A stretch of 62,992 bases of DNA, filler included, from Candidatus Babelota bacterium (GCA_017999075.1; 11 parts of 11 records of this genome joined end to end with filler, not necessarily neighbours in it); one strand, 5' to 3'. Positions 49,692 to 60,276 are shown, numbered from the whole stretch's first letter. A program made the numbers and translations. Notes: generated by a model not told the origin, from the sequence alone.

Positions 49692-49925
49692 ATGAAAATT
49701 GAAGTTTTAGGGACAGGTTGTGCAAAATGTAAAACGCTTTTTAATGCTGCTCAGGATGTTGTTAAAGAATCAGGGCTTGCATGCGAAATTGATAAAGTCG
49801 AAGACATTACAAAAATTATGGGATATGGCGTTATGATGACTCCTGCGCTTGTTGTTGATGGAGAAGTAAAAGTTGCGGGCAGAATTCCATCTAAAGATGA
49901 AATAAAAAAATGGATAAAACCATAA
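49692..49925 (+). CDS. small redox-active disulfide protein 2 (MTH895-like thioredoxin)
   Basis: MKIEVLGTGCAKC..YGVMMTPALVVDG. Confidence 0.93.
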   Translation: MKIEVLGTGCAKCKTLFNAAQDVVKESGLACEIDKVEDITKIMGYGVMMTPALVVDGEVKVAGRIPSKDEIKKWIKP

Positions 49926-50028
49926 GCATAGTTTCATTTAAATTATGAATTAAAAACCATGAAAAAAATGAATTTTTCGGTAATTTTTTTCAAAATAGAA
50001 TTTTACATTTTTTCAGGAGATGATTTTT

Positions 50029-50403
50029 ATGTCAGAAAAAAACAATTGCTGCTGCGGCGGCCAAAAAACTTTAATAATGGCTTGCTCAGGCGGGTCTAAT
50101 GTTGGTCAGGTTTCAAATAATGTAATGATTGAACTTGATAAAGCAGGAAAAGGCAGCGCGTATTGCCTTGCCGGAGTAGGCGGAGATTTATCAGGATTTA
50201 TTCAATCAACAAAATCCGCTAAAACTATTTTGATAGATGGCTGTCCTGTTGGCTGCGCTAAAGCGGTATTTAAGCGGCATAATTTATCTGCGGATAAATA
50301 TTTTGTAATTACAGATTTGGGAATAGAAAAGAATCATAATTTCGAAAAACTTTCTGAAGAAACAAAAATTGCGTTTGAAAAAATTGTTAAAAAATTGGAT
50401 TAG
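50029..50403 (+). CDS. DGC-domain putative zinc-binding protein
   Basis: ACSGGSNVGQ, CLAGVG, IDGCPVGCA; SD AGGAG favours ATG 50029. Confidence 0.9.
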   Translation: MSEKNNCCCGGQKTLIMACSGGSNVGQVSNNVMIELDKAGKGSAYCLAGVGGDLSGFIQSTKSAKTILIDGCPVGCAKAVFKRHNLSADKYFVITDLGIEKNHNFEKLSEETKIAFEKIVKKLD

Positions 50404-50414
50404 TTTTTAGGCAA

Positions 50415-50447
50415 TTAACCACCAAAGGCACCGAATGACACCGAAAA
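50415..50447 (+). repeat. 33-bp periodic repeat, copy A (upstream of the GxxExxY gene)
   Basis: ttaaccaccaaaggcaccgaatgacaccgaaaa; 29/33 identical to 50874-50906. Confidence 0.85.
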
Positions 50448-50465
50448 GAAAGGAAAAGAAATAAA

Positions 50466-50837
50466 ATGGATGAAATTTACGAAAAAGAATTAAGTGATAA
50501 AATAATTGGCTGCGCTATAGAAGTTCATAAAGAATTGGGATTTCGATTTTTGGAAAAAGTATATGAAAATGCAATGATGATAATTTTCAGAGAAAAAAAT
50601 ATTTATGCGGTTCAGTAAGAAAGTATTAAAGTCTATTTTCATAATGAAATAGTAGGTGATTATTCGCCTAATATTTTGGTTAATAATAAAGTGGTCATTG
50701 AATTAAAAACTGTCAATGTAATTACAAATAAACATAAAGCACAACTGATAAATTATTTAAAATCTACAGGTTTGAAAGTAGGATATATTTTAAATTTTGC
50801 TAATGAAACTTTAGAATTTAAAAGAATGGTTTTTTAA
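50466..50837 (+). pseudogene. GxxExxY-family (PD-(D/E)xK-like) protein with premature TAA at codon 51 (not in the ORF track)
   Basis: MDEIYEKELSDKIIGCAIEVHKELGFRFLEKVYENAM..AVQ*ESIKVYF..VGDYSPNILVNNKVVIELK..HKAQLINYLKSTGLKVGYILNF..LEFKRMVF; TAA at 50616-50618. Confidence 0.88.
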
Positions 50838-50906
50838 TTCGGTGAGGTTAGGTCAACTCGGCGGTAAAAATTCTTAACCACCGAAGACACTGAATAACAC
50901 CGAAAA
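50838..50906. repeat. inverted copy (50838-50867) plus direct copy B (50874-50906) of the periodic repeat
   Basis: ttcggtgaggttaggtcaactcggcggtaa followed by ttaaccaccgaagacactgaataacaccgaaaa. Confidence 0.8.
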
Positions 50907-50925
50907 AAATAGGAGGAAAAAATTT

Positions 50926-51326
50926 ATGCGCTTTTTAAAAATTTTATTAATTGTCCTTTGGATGGCTTCTACTTTTACAGGTTGTGAACACGGAACAAAT
51001 ATTCCAGTTGACAGTCAATCAGACCAGATGAATGCAGCGGTAAATCAGCAAAATGCCGATGTCCAACCACAAAATCAAACACTTGCTGCTACAGAACCGG
51101 TAAAACAAAATCCTGCAAATACGCAATCCGCTAAAGCGGTTGAAAATAAAATCAAAGTAACATTTATTGAACTCGGTTCAGTAAATTGCATTCCTTGCAG
51201 AATGATGCAGCCGGTAATGAAACAAATTGAAGAAAAATATAAAGATAAAGTCAAAATTATTTTTTATGATGTATGGACTCAGGAAGGTCAGCCATTCGGA
51301 CAGAAGTACGGAATACAGGCGATACC
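50926..51326 (+). CDS. thioredoxin-family lipoprotein, 3' end missing
   Basis: Signal peptide with lipobox FTGC; ELGSVNCIPCRMMQP; YGIQAIP. Confidence 0.88.
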
Positions 51327-51426
51327 NNNNNNNNNNNNNNNNNNNNNNNNNNNNNNNNNNNNNNNNNNNNTTAATTAATTAANNNNNNNNNNNNNNNNNN
51401 NNNNNNNNNNNNNNNNNNNNNNNNNN

Positions 51427-52565
51427 ACGTTGAAACAATTGAATTGTTTATAAAAGATATAAACTTAAAGTATAATGTAAATTCTAAAATTGCGTCGGGC
51501 GGCGGAAGAATGAAAATTACTATGGATAGATATGAAGCTGATTGGAACATGGTAAAAATAGGGTGGCAGACTCATGTGAAAGGAGAAGGACGTAAATTCA
51601 GAACAGCCAGGGAAGCTATTGAAACTTATCGGAAAGAAAATCCTGGAGTTATAGATCAGGATTTGCCGCCATTTGTAATATCTGATGAGACAGGGGCTGC
51701 TTCAGGTGCTGTTAATGATGGTGATTCAGTTATATTTTTTAATTTCAGAGGAGATCGGGCAATTGAAATAAGTAAAGCCTTTGAATCTGATGATTTTGAC
51801 AAGTTTGAACGAGGTAAAAAACCTGATGTGATTTATGCGGGAATGATGGAATATGACGGGGATGCACATATACCAAAAACTTTTCTTGTAAATCCTCCGG
51901 CATTAGATAAAACAATAGGTGAATTGTTTGCAGGCAACGGAATAAAACAGTTTGCTATTTCCGAAACACAAAAATTCGGACATGTAACCTATTTCTGGAA
52001 TGGAAACAGAACAGGAAAATTCAGCGATAAATTTGAGGAATATGTCGAAATTCAGTCTGATATTCTGCCGTTTGAACAGAGACCATGGATGAAGGCTGCT
52101 GAAATTACTGATAGGGTTATGAAGGAAATTAAAACTAAAAAATGGGATTTTATAAGATTAAATTTTGCAAACGGAGATATGGTAGGTCATACAGGCGTTT
52201 ATCAGGCAGCGGAAATTGCTGTTGAAACAGTGGATTTGTGCCTGGGTAGAATTTTAAAAGTACTTGAAGAATCTAAAGGGATTGCAATAATAACTGCTGA
52301 TCACGGTAATGCTGATGAGATGTATGAACTTGATAAAAAAGGCACTATAAAAATCAATAAAGATACAAATGAACCAAAAGCTAAAACTTCTCATACATTG
52401 AATCCTGTTCCTTGTATAATATTTGATCCTTTGTATCAAGGAGAATATGTTTTAAATGAATCTTTAAAAAATCCAGGTCTGACCAATGTAACTGGAATGT
52501 GCATTGAATTGCTGGGTTATGTAAAACCTGATTTTTATGATGAATCGCTTATATCAATAAAATGA
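51427..52565 (+). CDS. gpmI: 2,3-BPG-independent phosphoglycerate mutase, 5' end missing
   Basis: TMDRY, FNFRGDR, SETQKFGHVTYF, NGDMVGHTG, TADHGN, TSHTLNPVP. Confidence 0.95.
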
Positions 52566-52657
52566 TGGTTTAGTCAATTCAGGATTGATTTTAATAATTT
52601 GACATGGAAAAATTTTTTTTAATCAGGATATTTTTCAAAAATAATTTTTTATAGTTG

Positions 52658-53623
52658 TTAAATCATCAAATTAATGAAATTAGATTTATCAGTTTTCTTT
52701 ATATAAAAAGATTTATTTCCGCATACAACTTTAGTTTCAGAATTTATTTCAGCATCTGAATATGAAACCAGTATATTTGCTGCAAGCATAAGATTTGCTT
52801 CTGAAAAATTATGAAGCAAAACTCCGATGGGGCCTGCAACATCAGGAGTATCAATTATATAATCATTAAATTTTAATTTTTCTATTTCATTGTTTTCTTT
52901 TTCGTTGCGTCCTATTATAAAACGGCAGTTGTCATTTAATTTAAAAATCCGCCCGAATTTTAATAATTCTAATTCTTCGCGCCGCGGCTTAGAGTTAATT
53001 GAAATTAAATCCTTTAATCGTAAAGAAAAATTTTTATCAGTAAGCAGACATCCTCCGGCAGGAGTAGGATAAGATTTTATATTGAATTTTTCTGCGAGTT
53101 CAAATTGTTTTTTTCTGGATCTGCCATTAATATCTAAAAGTTTAGTTCGATCAATTTTACCTTCTTTTTCTGGAATTGACGGGTCAAGTAGTTTTGCGGA
53201 TAAAGGTCTCAAAATATACCCTTCGTAACCCGACAATTTTTCAACTTTTTTTAAGGAAATTTTGTTTTGCGACATTGGACGTTCGTTTAATACTTCTCCT
53301 GAAAATATGAAATCATAATCAAGTTGTTTCATTAAATCCCCTGCTTTTTTAAACATTAAAGCATGGCAGTCAATGCAAGGATTCATATTTTTTCCATAAC
53401 CATAACGCGGATTTTTTAACATTTCAAAATGTTCTTCTGTAAAATCAATGATTTTTATTGGTATATTTAAAAAATCTGCGGCTGAAATTGATTTGTCAGC
53501 CGAAAAAAAGGGGGTAATAAAACTTAACCCCAACACTTCTATATCTAAAGAAGCCACAAGTTTTATTGCAAGGCAAGAATCAAGACCGCCTGACAATAAA
53601 CCTATAGATTTTATTTTTTTCAT
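52658..53623 (-). CDS. ThiI/MnmA-like PP-loop tRNA thiolation-family protein
   Basis: LSGGLDS, YGKNMNPCIDCH, GEVLNERPMSQ, PAGGCLLTD, IGRNEKEN. Confidence 0.85.
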   Translation of the reverse strand: MKKIKSIGLLSGGLDSCLAIKLVASLDIEVLGLSFITPFFSADKSISAADFLNIPIKIIDFTEEHFEMLKNPRYGYGKNMNPCIDCHALMFKKAGDLMKQLDYDFIFSGEVLNERPMSQNKISLKKVEKLSGYEGYILRPLSAKLLDPSIPEKEGKIDRTKLLDINGRSRKKQFELAEKFNIKSYPTPAGGCLLTDKNFSLRLKDLISINSKPRREELELLKFGRIFKLNDNCRFIIGRNEKENNEIEKLKFNDYIIDTPDVAGPIGVLLHNFSEANLMLAANILVSYSDAEINSETKVVCGNKSFYIKKTDKSNFINLMI

Positions 53624-53633
53624 TATAATGTCC

Positions 53634-54255
53634 TTATATTAATTTATTTTTCAGATTTATTTTGTAAATAAATGATTTTTCATCAGTGCCATTTATAATT
53701 TCACTGAATACTAATTTTCCGTTATTATTAAGTAAAAAACTTAGTTTTTTAAACTTATTTAAATTTATCAAATCGTGATTTATCAGGATATAAGTTATCG
53801 GATTTTTAGTCAATATATTTATTATATTGTTTTCAATTTCGGGAATTTCGCTATCTGTAAACGTGACACCAGGATGATACCATAATAGTGAACCAAAGGG
53901 TTTTTGATGGAGTATGCAGTAAAACATAAGATAGTTATGCAATATTAATAATTGATTGTTCTTATCGGAATTAACTTTTAAAAAATCATAAGTTTTTTCT
54001 AAGACGTCTTTCTGCGCCGAAGAAACATACATTCCGTTTAATGAAGGCAGATTAATTGAAAAAGTTGAATTGTTTGTTAGACAAACTTCCTGATGAGCTT
54101 TTTTTTTATAACTTGAAACTATAAAATAAAATGCAGTTATAAATGATGCTGAAAGACAAATAATAAAAATTGTTTTATTGCGTGATGTTATTTTATTAAT
54201 GTTATAAAAAAATGAAGAAACAATAATTCCTGAAAACATATAGTAGATGAAAAAA
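53634..54255 (-). CDS. C-terminal part of a membrane protein (possibly GT-C/ArnT-like)
   Basis: Hydrophobic segments followed by a soluble domain; open to the contig end. Confidence 0.45.
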
Positions 54256-54355
54256 NNNNNNNNNNNNNNNNNNNNNNNNNNNNNNNNNNNNNNNNNNNNT
54301 TAATTAATTAANNNNNNNNNNNNNNNNNNNNNNNNNNNNNNNNNNNNNNNNNNNN

Positions 54356-54491
54356 AAGATACAGCAAGCCCGTCAAAAACACCTTTTATAAAATCATCTT
54401 TTTTTTCGAATGTTTTATATTGGGTCTGAACAGCATTTAATCCCGAAATCATAATAGCCAAGAAAAATATGACAGCCAAAATTTTTTTCAT
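54356..54491 (-). CDS. secreted protein, N-terminal fragment
   Basis: Signal peptide MKKILAVIFFLAIMISGLNA, then DDFIKGVFDGLAVS; cut by the linker. Confidence 0.7.
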
Positions 54492-54509
54492 AAATTTTTA
54501 CTCCATCCG

Positions 54510-56231
54510 TTACTTTATTTTTAACAAATTGTTTTGTTCAATTTTTACTGATGCTGAGGCAAAACCAGTTACTATAAAATTACAATCCAAAGCTTTATAT
54601 TTATAATCTGGAATTTTCCGCAGATTTGATTTTTCTGTAAAAAGTTTTTCATTTACAGTCTCATGACCTGAAATCAGTATTTTGTTTTTGTAGATATATT
54701 TATCATTTTTGGTTTTATAATACACTACAATCTGATTGTTTGAGAATATTTGTTTCATATTTTTGATGTAATCGTCGAAATTTTCAGGTTCCGGCGTTAT
54801 TTTAGGAACTCTGTCTCCGGCAGTGAAATAAAATACAGCATTCTGAATATCTTCAAAATCTTCGGAAATATAAACAGGGATAGAAATAAAAGTGTCTTTA
54901 TTTGCAGTATGAGATAATTTTATATTAAAAATAATGGTATCGCCGATATTGCAGTAATCAGCGGATGCAGAAATATCTGAAATATTATATTTGAATTCTC
55001 CGTTAAAAGCTTCTGATTCGTAATATAGTTCTTGTATTTTAATATCTTTATAAGGATTACTGTATAAACGGAATGCGTTAAAAAAAATCATTAAATCGTT
55101 TAATCCGCCTGATTCATTAAACTCCCAGTTGTTAAATTCAAGAGTATAATCAGGTTTGAATTTAATTTTTAATTTTTGTTTTATTGTAAGTTTTGGACCT
55201 GTTGATTCGGCAAACGCATATTCTGAATTATATGCAGATATCAGGAATAAATAAGGGGTTAAAAATTTGTTGTCAACAATATTCAGGTTATATGTTTTGA
55301 ATAAATTCAAATCTTTATATCCGAACTTAATTTTTGTTTTAATCATGTTTGTTTTTTTATTCTGGTCAGCTACAATGCATGAATATCTGTCCTGAACAAG
55401 AGTTCCATTTTCTTTTATAGGAGAACCCATTTTCCATGAAATATTCAAATTGCTCATGATAGTGTGTATTCCTGCTGTGGCTACAGGCAAATCAGATTGT
55501 CCCCACCCGAACATAGGATGACCGAAAGCAAGAATTTGACCGCTGTCTGTTATTGCAGTAATTGTTCCTATGCTGGCAATTGACCAGTCTCCAGTAATCA
55601 ATTGAACGGAGATTGCTCCGCCTGGAGTGAATTTAACATCATCCGACCATTGCCCGGCTCCTCCTGATTCCAACGGCAGAAAATTATATTTTTCAAAAAG
55701 TTCAGGGCATTTCTGCATGACTTTTGAATTTATACCAGATAATATTAAAGGAGATTTGATAAGTGTGAATTCAATACCATTTGATTTTATTGATGAATTG
55801 CTTATGAAATTTGATTGAGTAGAAAAATTTATCGGGTGGTTATAATCATATAACATACTTTCTATAGGAGTTACTCCGGCAATAGGATCAAGAGATAATG
55901 ACCATGCATAGGCAAGAGCTCCAATTAGTTTGTTGTTTATATAAACAGGCGAGCCGCTCATTCCTGCAATTATTCTTGACTTTTCGAGATTTTGACCTGA
56001 ACATTTTATAAGAATCAAATCTCTTGATGGAGAAGTGTTTTTCAATATGGAAATAATTTCAACGCCGAATGTTTCAGGCTCTGTATTTTTAAAAACCGAT
56101 AATCCGTATCCTTTCATTCCGGGTTTCAATTCGGATACAGTCATAAAATTCAGAGAATATAATGAGTTTGAAAAAAACAATAATAAAAAAAAAGCAGCGA
56201 AAACTTTGTTATTAAAACTATAAAGATTCAT
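54510..56231 (-). CDS. SpoIVB/peptidase S55-family secreted protein
   Basis: ELKPGMKGYGLSVF, IIAGMSGSPVY, GVTPIESM, AFGHP. Confidence 0.9.
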   Translation of the reverse strand: MNLYSFNNKVFAAFFLLLFFSNSLYSLNFMTVSELKPGMKGYGLSVFKNTEPETFGVEIISILKNTSPSRDLILIKCSGQNLEKSRIIAGMSGSPVYINNKLIGALAYAWSLSLDPIAGVTPIESMLYDYNHPINFSTQSNFISNSSIKSNGIEFTLIKSPLILSGINSKVMQKCPELFEKYNFLPLESGGAGQWSDDVKFTPGGAISVQLITGDWSIASIGTITAITDSGQILAFGHPMFGWGQSDLPVATAGIHTIMSNLNISWKMGSPIKENGTLVQDRYSCIVADQNKKTNMIKTKIKFGYKDLNLFKTYNLNIVDNKFLTPYLFLISAYNSEYAFAESTGPKLTIKQKLKIKFKPDYTLEFNNWEFNESGGLNDLMIFFNAFRLYSNPYKDIKIQELYYESEAFNGEFKYNISDISASADYCNIGDTIIFNIKLSHTANKDTFISIPVYISEDFEDIQNAVFYFTAGDRVPKITPEPENFDDYIKNMKQIFSNNQIVVYYKTKNDKYIYKNKILISGHETVNEKLFTEKSNLRKIPDYKYKALDCNFIVTGFASASVKIEQNNLLKIK

Positions 56232-56330
56232 ATAAATAATTATTTTTGTAATTAAATTTAAAAAATATTTTTAAATTTAATTTAATAAACGAAAAAAAAC
56301 AACATAAAAACCATATTTGATTGTAATTAA

Positions 56331-57181
56331 TTAATTTTGTTTTGTAATTAATAAAAAAGTTAAATCGTCTTTTACAGAGAATTCGGTTAATTGTTCAATG
56401 ATTTTATTTTTTAATTTTTCAGCGCTGTAATCGGATTTGAAAGATTGATCAACAGAACTTTTTATATTGAAATAATTTTTTTCATTGTTTACCGAATCGC
56501 TTAAACCGTCAGTATATAAAAAAAATAAGTCTCCTGCTGCAAGTTTGAATTTTGTCGTATGACTGGATTTATAGTCGTCAATATATTTTTTAAATTTTTC
56601 ATCAGATAATTCTCCAATCATAGGAAATGTAGAAGAAAATTCAGTTATTTTATTTTGAGAAAAAATAAAAGCTTCAGGATGTCCGCAATTGAGTATTTCA
56701 ATTTCTCCTGTTTTAGTGTCTAATATTGAATAAATCATAGTAATCCATTTTCCAGGCGGAGTGTTGACTCTAAGAAACCTGTTTAATTCGAAAATAAATT
56801 CCGGCGGATAACTGAATTTTTTTGAAAGAAGTTTTATAGAAGTCATACCGAGAACCATAAGGAATGCAGCAGGAAAAGATTTTCCTACAACATCAGCTAT
56901 AACAATTGCTTTTTTATTTTCGTTAATATCGAAAACGTCAATAAAATCACCGCCGATTTCTTTTGACGGTTTATAATATGAAACAAAGTTAAAACCGCTG
57001 GATTCGATTTTTTCTTCAGGCATCAATTTTTTAATTACTGATATAAGTTCTGTAATTTTTTCATTTTCAATATGTTCCATCATACTGTTGAATTGTTCTG
57101 TAAAATCGTCGAATTCGTCACTAATAAAAGTATTGTTTAATACGCGGTAAGACATATTTTTATTTTTAGCTTCTTTAATAC
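56331..57181 (-). CDS. SpoIIE/PP2C-family phosphatase, probably 5' end missing
   Basis: PSKEIGGDF, IADVVGK, NCGH, LYTDGL, DDLT. Confidence 0.9.
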
Positions 57182-57281
57182 NNNNNNNNNNNNNNNNNNN
57201 NNNNNNNNNNNNNNNNNNNNNNNNNTTAATTAATTAANNNNNNNNNNNNNNNNNNNNNNNNNNNNNNNNNNNNNNNNNNNN

Positions 57282-57819
57282 AGCAGAATCAGCCTTGCCG
57301 CTGCCTGCTTTGAATTCTTATTCTGAACCAGGTACTGTATTTGAAATAGAAGCGCAGTCAGCCGGGAAAGTATCTGTGGCAGGAAGTTTCAATGACTGGA
57401 ATATGAACGCAAATTTTCTTCAGAAAGATGCCGACGGAAAATGGAGAACGCGTTTGAATCTCAAACCCGGAACTTACGAATATAAGTTTTTACAGGACGG
57501 TGACTGGGATAAATTAAATAAGGACAATAGAAAGATTACAGTTAATGCCGGAGCAGAATCAGCCTTGCCGCTGCCTGCATTGAATTCTTTTTCTGAACCA
57601 GGTACTGTATTTGAAATAGAAGCTCCGTCCGCCGGGAAAGTATCTGTGGCAGGGAGTTTCAATGACTGGAATATGAATGCAAATTTTCTTCAGAAAGATG
57701 CCGACGGAAAATGGAAAACGCGGTTGAATCTCAAACCCGGAACTTACGAATATAAGTTTTTACAGGATGGGGACTGGGATAAATTAAATAAGGATAACAG
57801 GAAAATAATTGTTAAATAA
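57282..57819 (+). CDS. protein with tandem CBM48/AMPK-type glycogen-binding domains, 5' end missing
   Basis: Two copies of AGKVSVAGSFNDW..GKW...LNLKPGTYEYKFLQDGDW. Confidence 0.88.
57282..57819 (+). repeat. near-identical 270-bp tandem repeat
   Basis: Units begin agcagaatcagccttgccg at 57282 and 57552. Confidence 0.95.
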
Positions 57820-57824
57820 GCAAT

Positions 57825-58631
57825 ATGCCGCAGCTGAACCTGCTTATTATTCGTTATGGCGCACTTGGAGATACATTAACCTTAGTTCCTTTATTGTATT
57901 TAATCAGAAAAACATTTCCTGAATTTAATATAACTGTATCAATTAATGTTATGTATTCTGAGTTTATTTCAAAGTATTGCAGTTTTATCAAAGAATTTGA
58001 TTTGAAATTTTTAAACAAACCGGATTTATCAAAATATGATTTTATATTTCCGGTTGTTTCCTCAATGAACTCAACTTTAAGCATTCATTTAAAATCTTTA
58101 AACTTGACAAATATGAATTTTGCTGATATGGAATATTGTGAAAAATCGGGGTTCCATGTTTATAAGTATTTAATAAATACGTTTTCCAATTATTATAAAA
58201 TAAATGAAAATATTGTTATGCCTTCGGATTTTTTTAGTGAGTATAATTCTGAAATTAAATTAAAAAAAATGTTATTTCATCCAGGAAGCGGCAGTAAAAC
58301 AAAAAATTTATCAAAACAGGAGATTGAAAATACTATAAAAAAATATTGTTTGAGTTATGAAAATACGGATGTTCTTATGGGTCCTGCAGAATTAAAAGAT
58401 ATTGAATTACAAAATATTTTTTTTGATTATAATTGCATCAAAAATGTTTCCGGTATGGAAAAATTAATTAAAATAATAAAACAATATTATAATTATATAG
58501 GGTTGGATTCAGGAATAAGTCATCTGGCAGGTTTATGCGGATTAAAATGCAGTATTATTTTTAAAAAAAGTAATTTTATGGTATGGAGTCCGTTTGGAAA
58601 AAATATATCAATAGATTTTTTGGGAGATTGA
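57825..58631 (+). CDS. glycosyltransferase family 9 (heptosyltransferase-like)
   Basis: LIIRYGALGD, FHPGSGSKTKN, GPAE, GLDSGISHLAG. Confidence 0.88.
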   Translation: MPQLNLLIIRYGALGDTLTLVPLLYLIRKTFPEFNITVSINVMYSEFISKYCSFIKEFDLKFLNKPDLSKYDFIFPVVSSMNSTLSIHLKSLNLTNMNFADMEYCEKSGFHVYKYLINTFSNYYKINENIVMPSDFFSEYNSEIKLKKMLFHPGSGSKTKNLSKQEIENTIKKYCLSYENTDVLMGPAELKDIELQNIFFDYNCIKNVSGMEKLIKIIKQYYNYIGLDSGISHLAGLCGLKCSIIFKKSNFMVWSPFGKNISIDFLGD

Positions 58632-58715
58632 TTTTTTTAAATTTACAAATTTGAAAAGAAAAATTTGAAAAAGACAAACGTATTTACCAATTAATAAATG
58701 CTGACATTTTTGTTT

Positions 58716-59633
58716 TCAGCGCTCAGCGGATAATTTTTTCCCTTGATATGAATTTAATAAAATAATTCTGTTTTTTATAATTTCGAGAACTTTATTTTTA
58801 TTTTTTACCCAATCAGGAGCAGTAATTCGGTCGCTGTCTGTTTCTCCTGTTAATCTATGTATAACAATCGATTCAGGTAGATATTCGAGAATCTCTACGA
58901 CTATTTCAGAATATTCTTCTGCTGTAAGGAGATTGAATTTTTTTTGTTTATAAATTTTATCAAGTTGTGTATTTTTTATAATATATAGCGAATGAATTTT
59001 GATTCCGTCAATTCCGGAAATCCCTGCAAATTTTCCTGTTTCAATCATTTGATATTTGCTTTCATAAGGCAATCCTATAATAATATGGGCAGTGGTTTTT
59101 ATATTATATTTTTTGCATAACAATACTGCTGCCAGATAATCTTCTGAAGTATGGCCACGGTTGAGCCATTTTAATGTATTATTGTTTGATGATTGAAGGC
59201 CGAGTTCAATCCATACGTCATATTTTTTGGTATATGATGAAATTAAATCAAGTATTTCATTGTTGATGCAATCTGGCCGTGTACCTATAATGATTCCTTT
59301 AATTCTGTCGTCAATAAGCGAAGAATCATACATTTTTTTTAAGGTTGAAGTATTTCCGAAAGTGTTAGAATAACTCTGGAAATATACATAAAATAATTTT
59401 GCTTTCCGCTTTTTAGAAAACATTTCCATGCTGAAATTTACTTGATCGGAAATTGATTTTATTTCTTTTGGATAATAACTTGCCCCGCTTCCGAATTCAT
59501 CGCAATAAATGCATCCGGTATTGCCGTTAATTTTATTTGGACAAGATAAACCTGTATTGAGAGGTATTCTGTAAACTTTACAGCCGAATTTATTTTTTAA
59601 ATATTTATTGAATGAATAAAATTTTTCTTCCAA
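58716..59633 (-). CDS. TIGR01212/YhcC-family radical SAM protein
   Basis: SCPNK..GCIYC, YFQSYSNT, IGTRPDC, ELGLQS, GIKIH, IHRLTG. Confidence 0.92.
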   Translation of the reverse strand: MEEKFYSFNKYLKNKFGCKVYRIPLNTGLSCPNKINGNTGCIYCDEFGSGASYYPKEIKSISDQVNFSMEMFSKKRKAKLFYVYFQSYSNTFGNTSTLKKMYDSSLIDDRIKGIIIGTRPDCINNEILDLISSYTKKYDVWIELGLQSSNNNTLKWLNRGHTSEDYLAAVLLCKKYNIKTTAHIIIGLPYESKYQMIETGKFAGISGIDGIKIHSLYIIKNTQLDKIYKQKKFNLLTAEEYSEIVVEILEYLPESIVIHRLTGETDSDRITAPDWVKNKNKVLEIIKNRIILLNSYQGKKLSAER

Positions 59634-59779
59634 CCTTTTCCCTCAAATAAATTGAATTTTTAATATTTTATTTTTTTTAACATAAAAAATATAGCTTTAA
59701 TATTTTTATATTTTTTGATTTTATAAATTTTAGTTAATTCAAATTGACAAATCAAGTTATTTATAATAATATTTTTATT

Positions 59780-60091
59780 ATGAAACTAATAAAATTTCTT
59801 GCAAGATGTGAAATTGATGCTCGCAGAAAATGTGAACAAATAATAAGGGATGGATTGGTAACAGTAAATAATATATCATGTTTAAATCCGTTTGAAGAAA
59901 TTGATCCTGATATTGATATTATAAAATATAACGGAAAAATCCTTCGTTTGTCTCAATTTACTAAAAAACTTTATGTGTTATTTTATAAACCAAAACGTTG
60001 TATAACTTCTGTTTCTGATGATAAAGGCAGAACTACTGTTATGGATTATTTGATGAAAATCAGAGGGTGGAAAAACTTGTATCCTGTAGGC
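59780..60091 (+). CDS. rluB: N-terminal (S4) part of the pseudouridine synthase completed at 12538-13204
   Basis: MKLIKFLARCEIDARRKCEQII; 59848-60091 is the reverse complement of 12961-13204 except for one base. Confidence 0.85.
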
Positions 60092-60276
60092 NNNNNNNNN
60101 NNNNNNNNNNNNNNNNNNNNNNNNNNNNNNNNNNNTTAATTAATTAANNNNNNNNNNNNNNNNNNNNNNNNNNNNNNNNNNNNNNNNNNNNAAACTTGTT
60201 CGATAAATATCCGGTTTAAATAATATAAAGATAAAGTGATTTTTAAAATTTAAGAAAAGGAATAAGGTAAATTTTT

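Noticed and set aside
13429-50618. Possible stop-codon reassignment suggested by in-frame TAG/TAA in three genes
   Set aside because: TAA, TAG and TGA all terminate intact genes in this window, and the interrupted genes are accessory; two of the three show other decay
50415-50906. CRISPR mini-array interpretation of the 33-bp repeats
   Set aside because: Only two direct copies 459 bp apart with a gene between them; no spacer-sized intervals and no cas genes
13205-60191. Ten regularly recurring TTAATTAATTAA motifs, roughly 2.9 kb apart in the second half
   Set aside because: Artificial six-frame-stop linkers inside N runs; the spacing reflects size-sorted contigs, not biology
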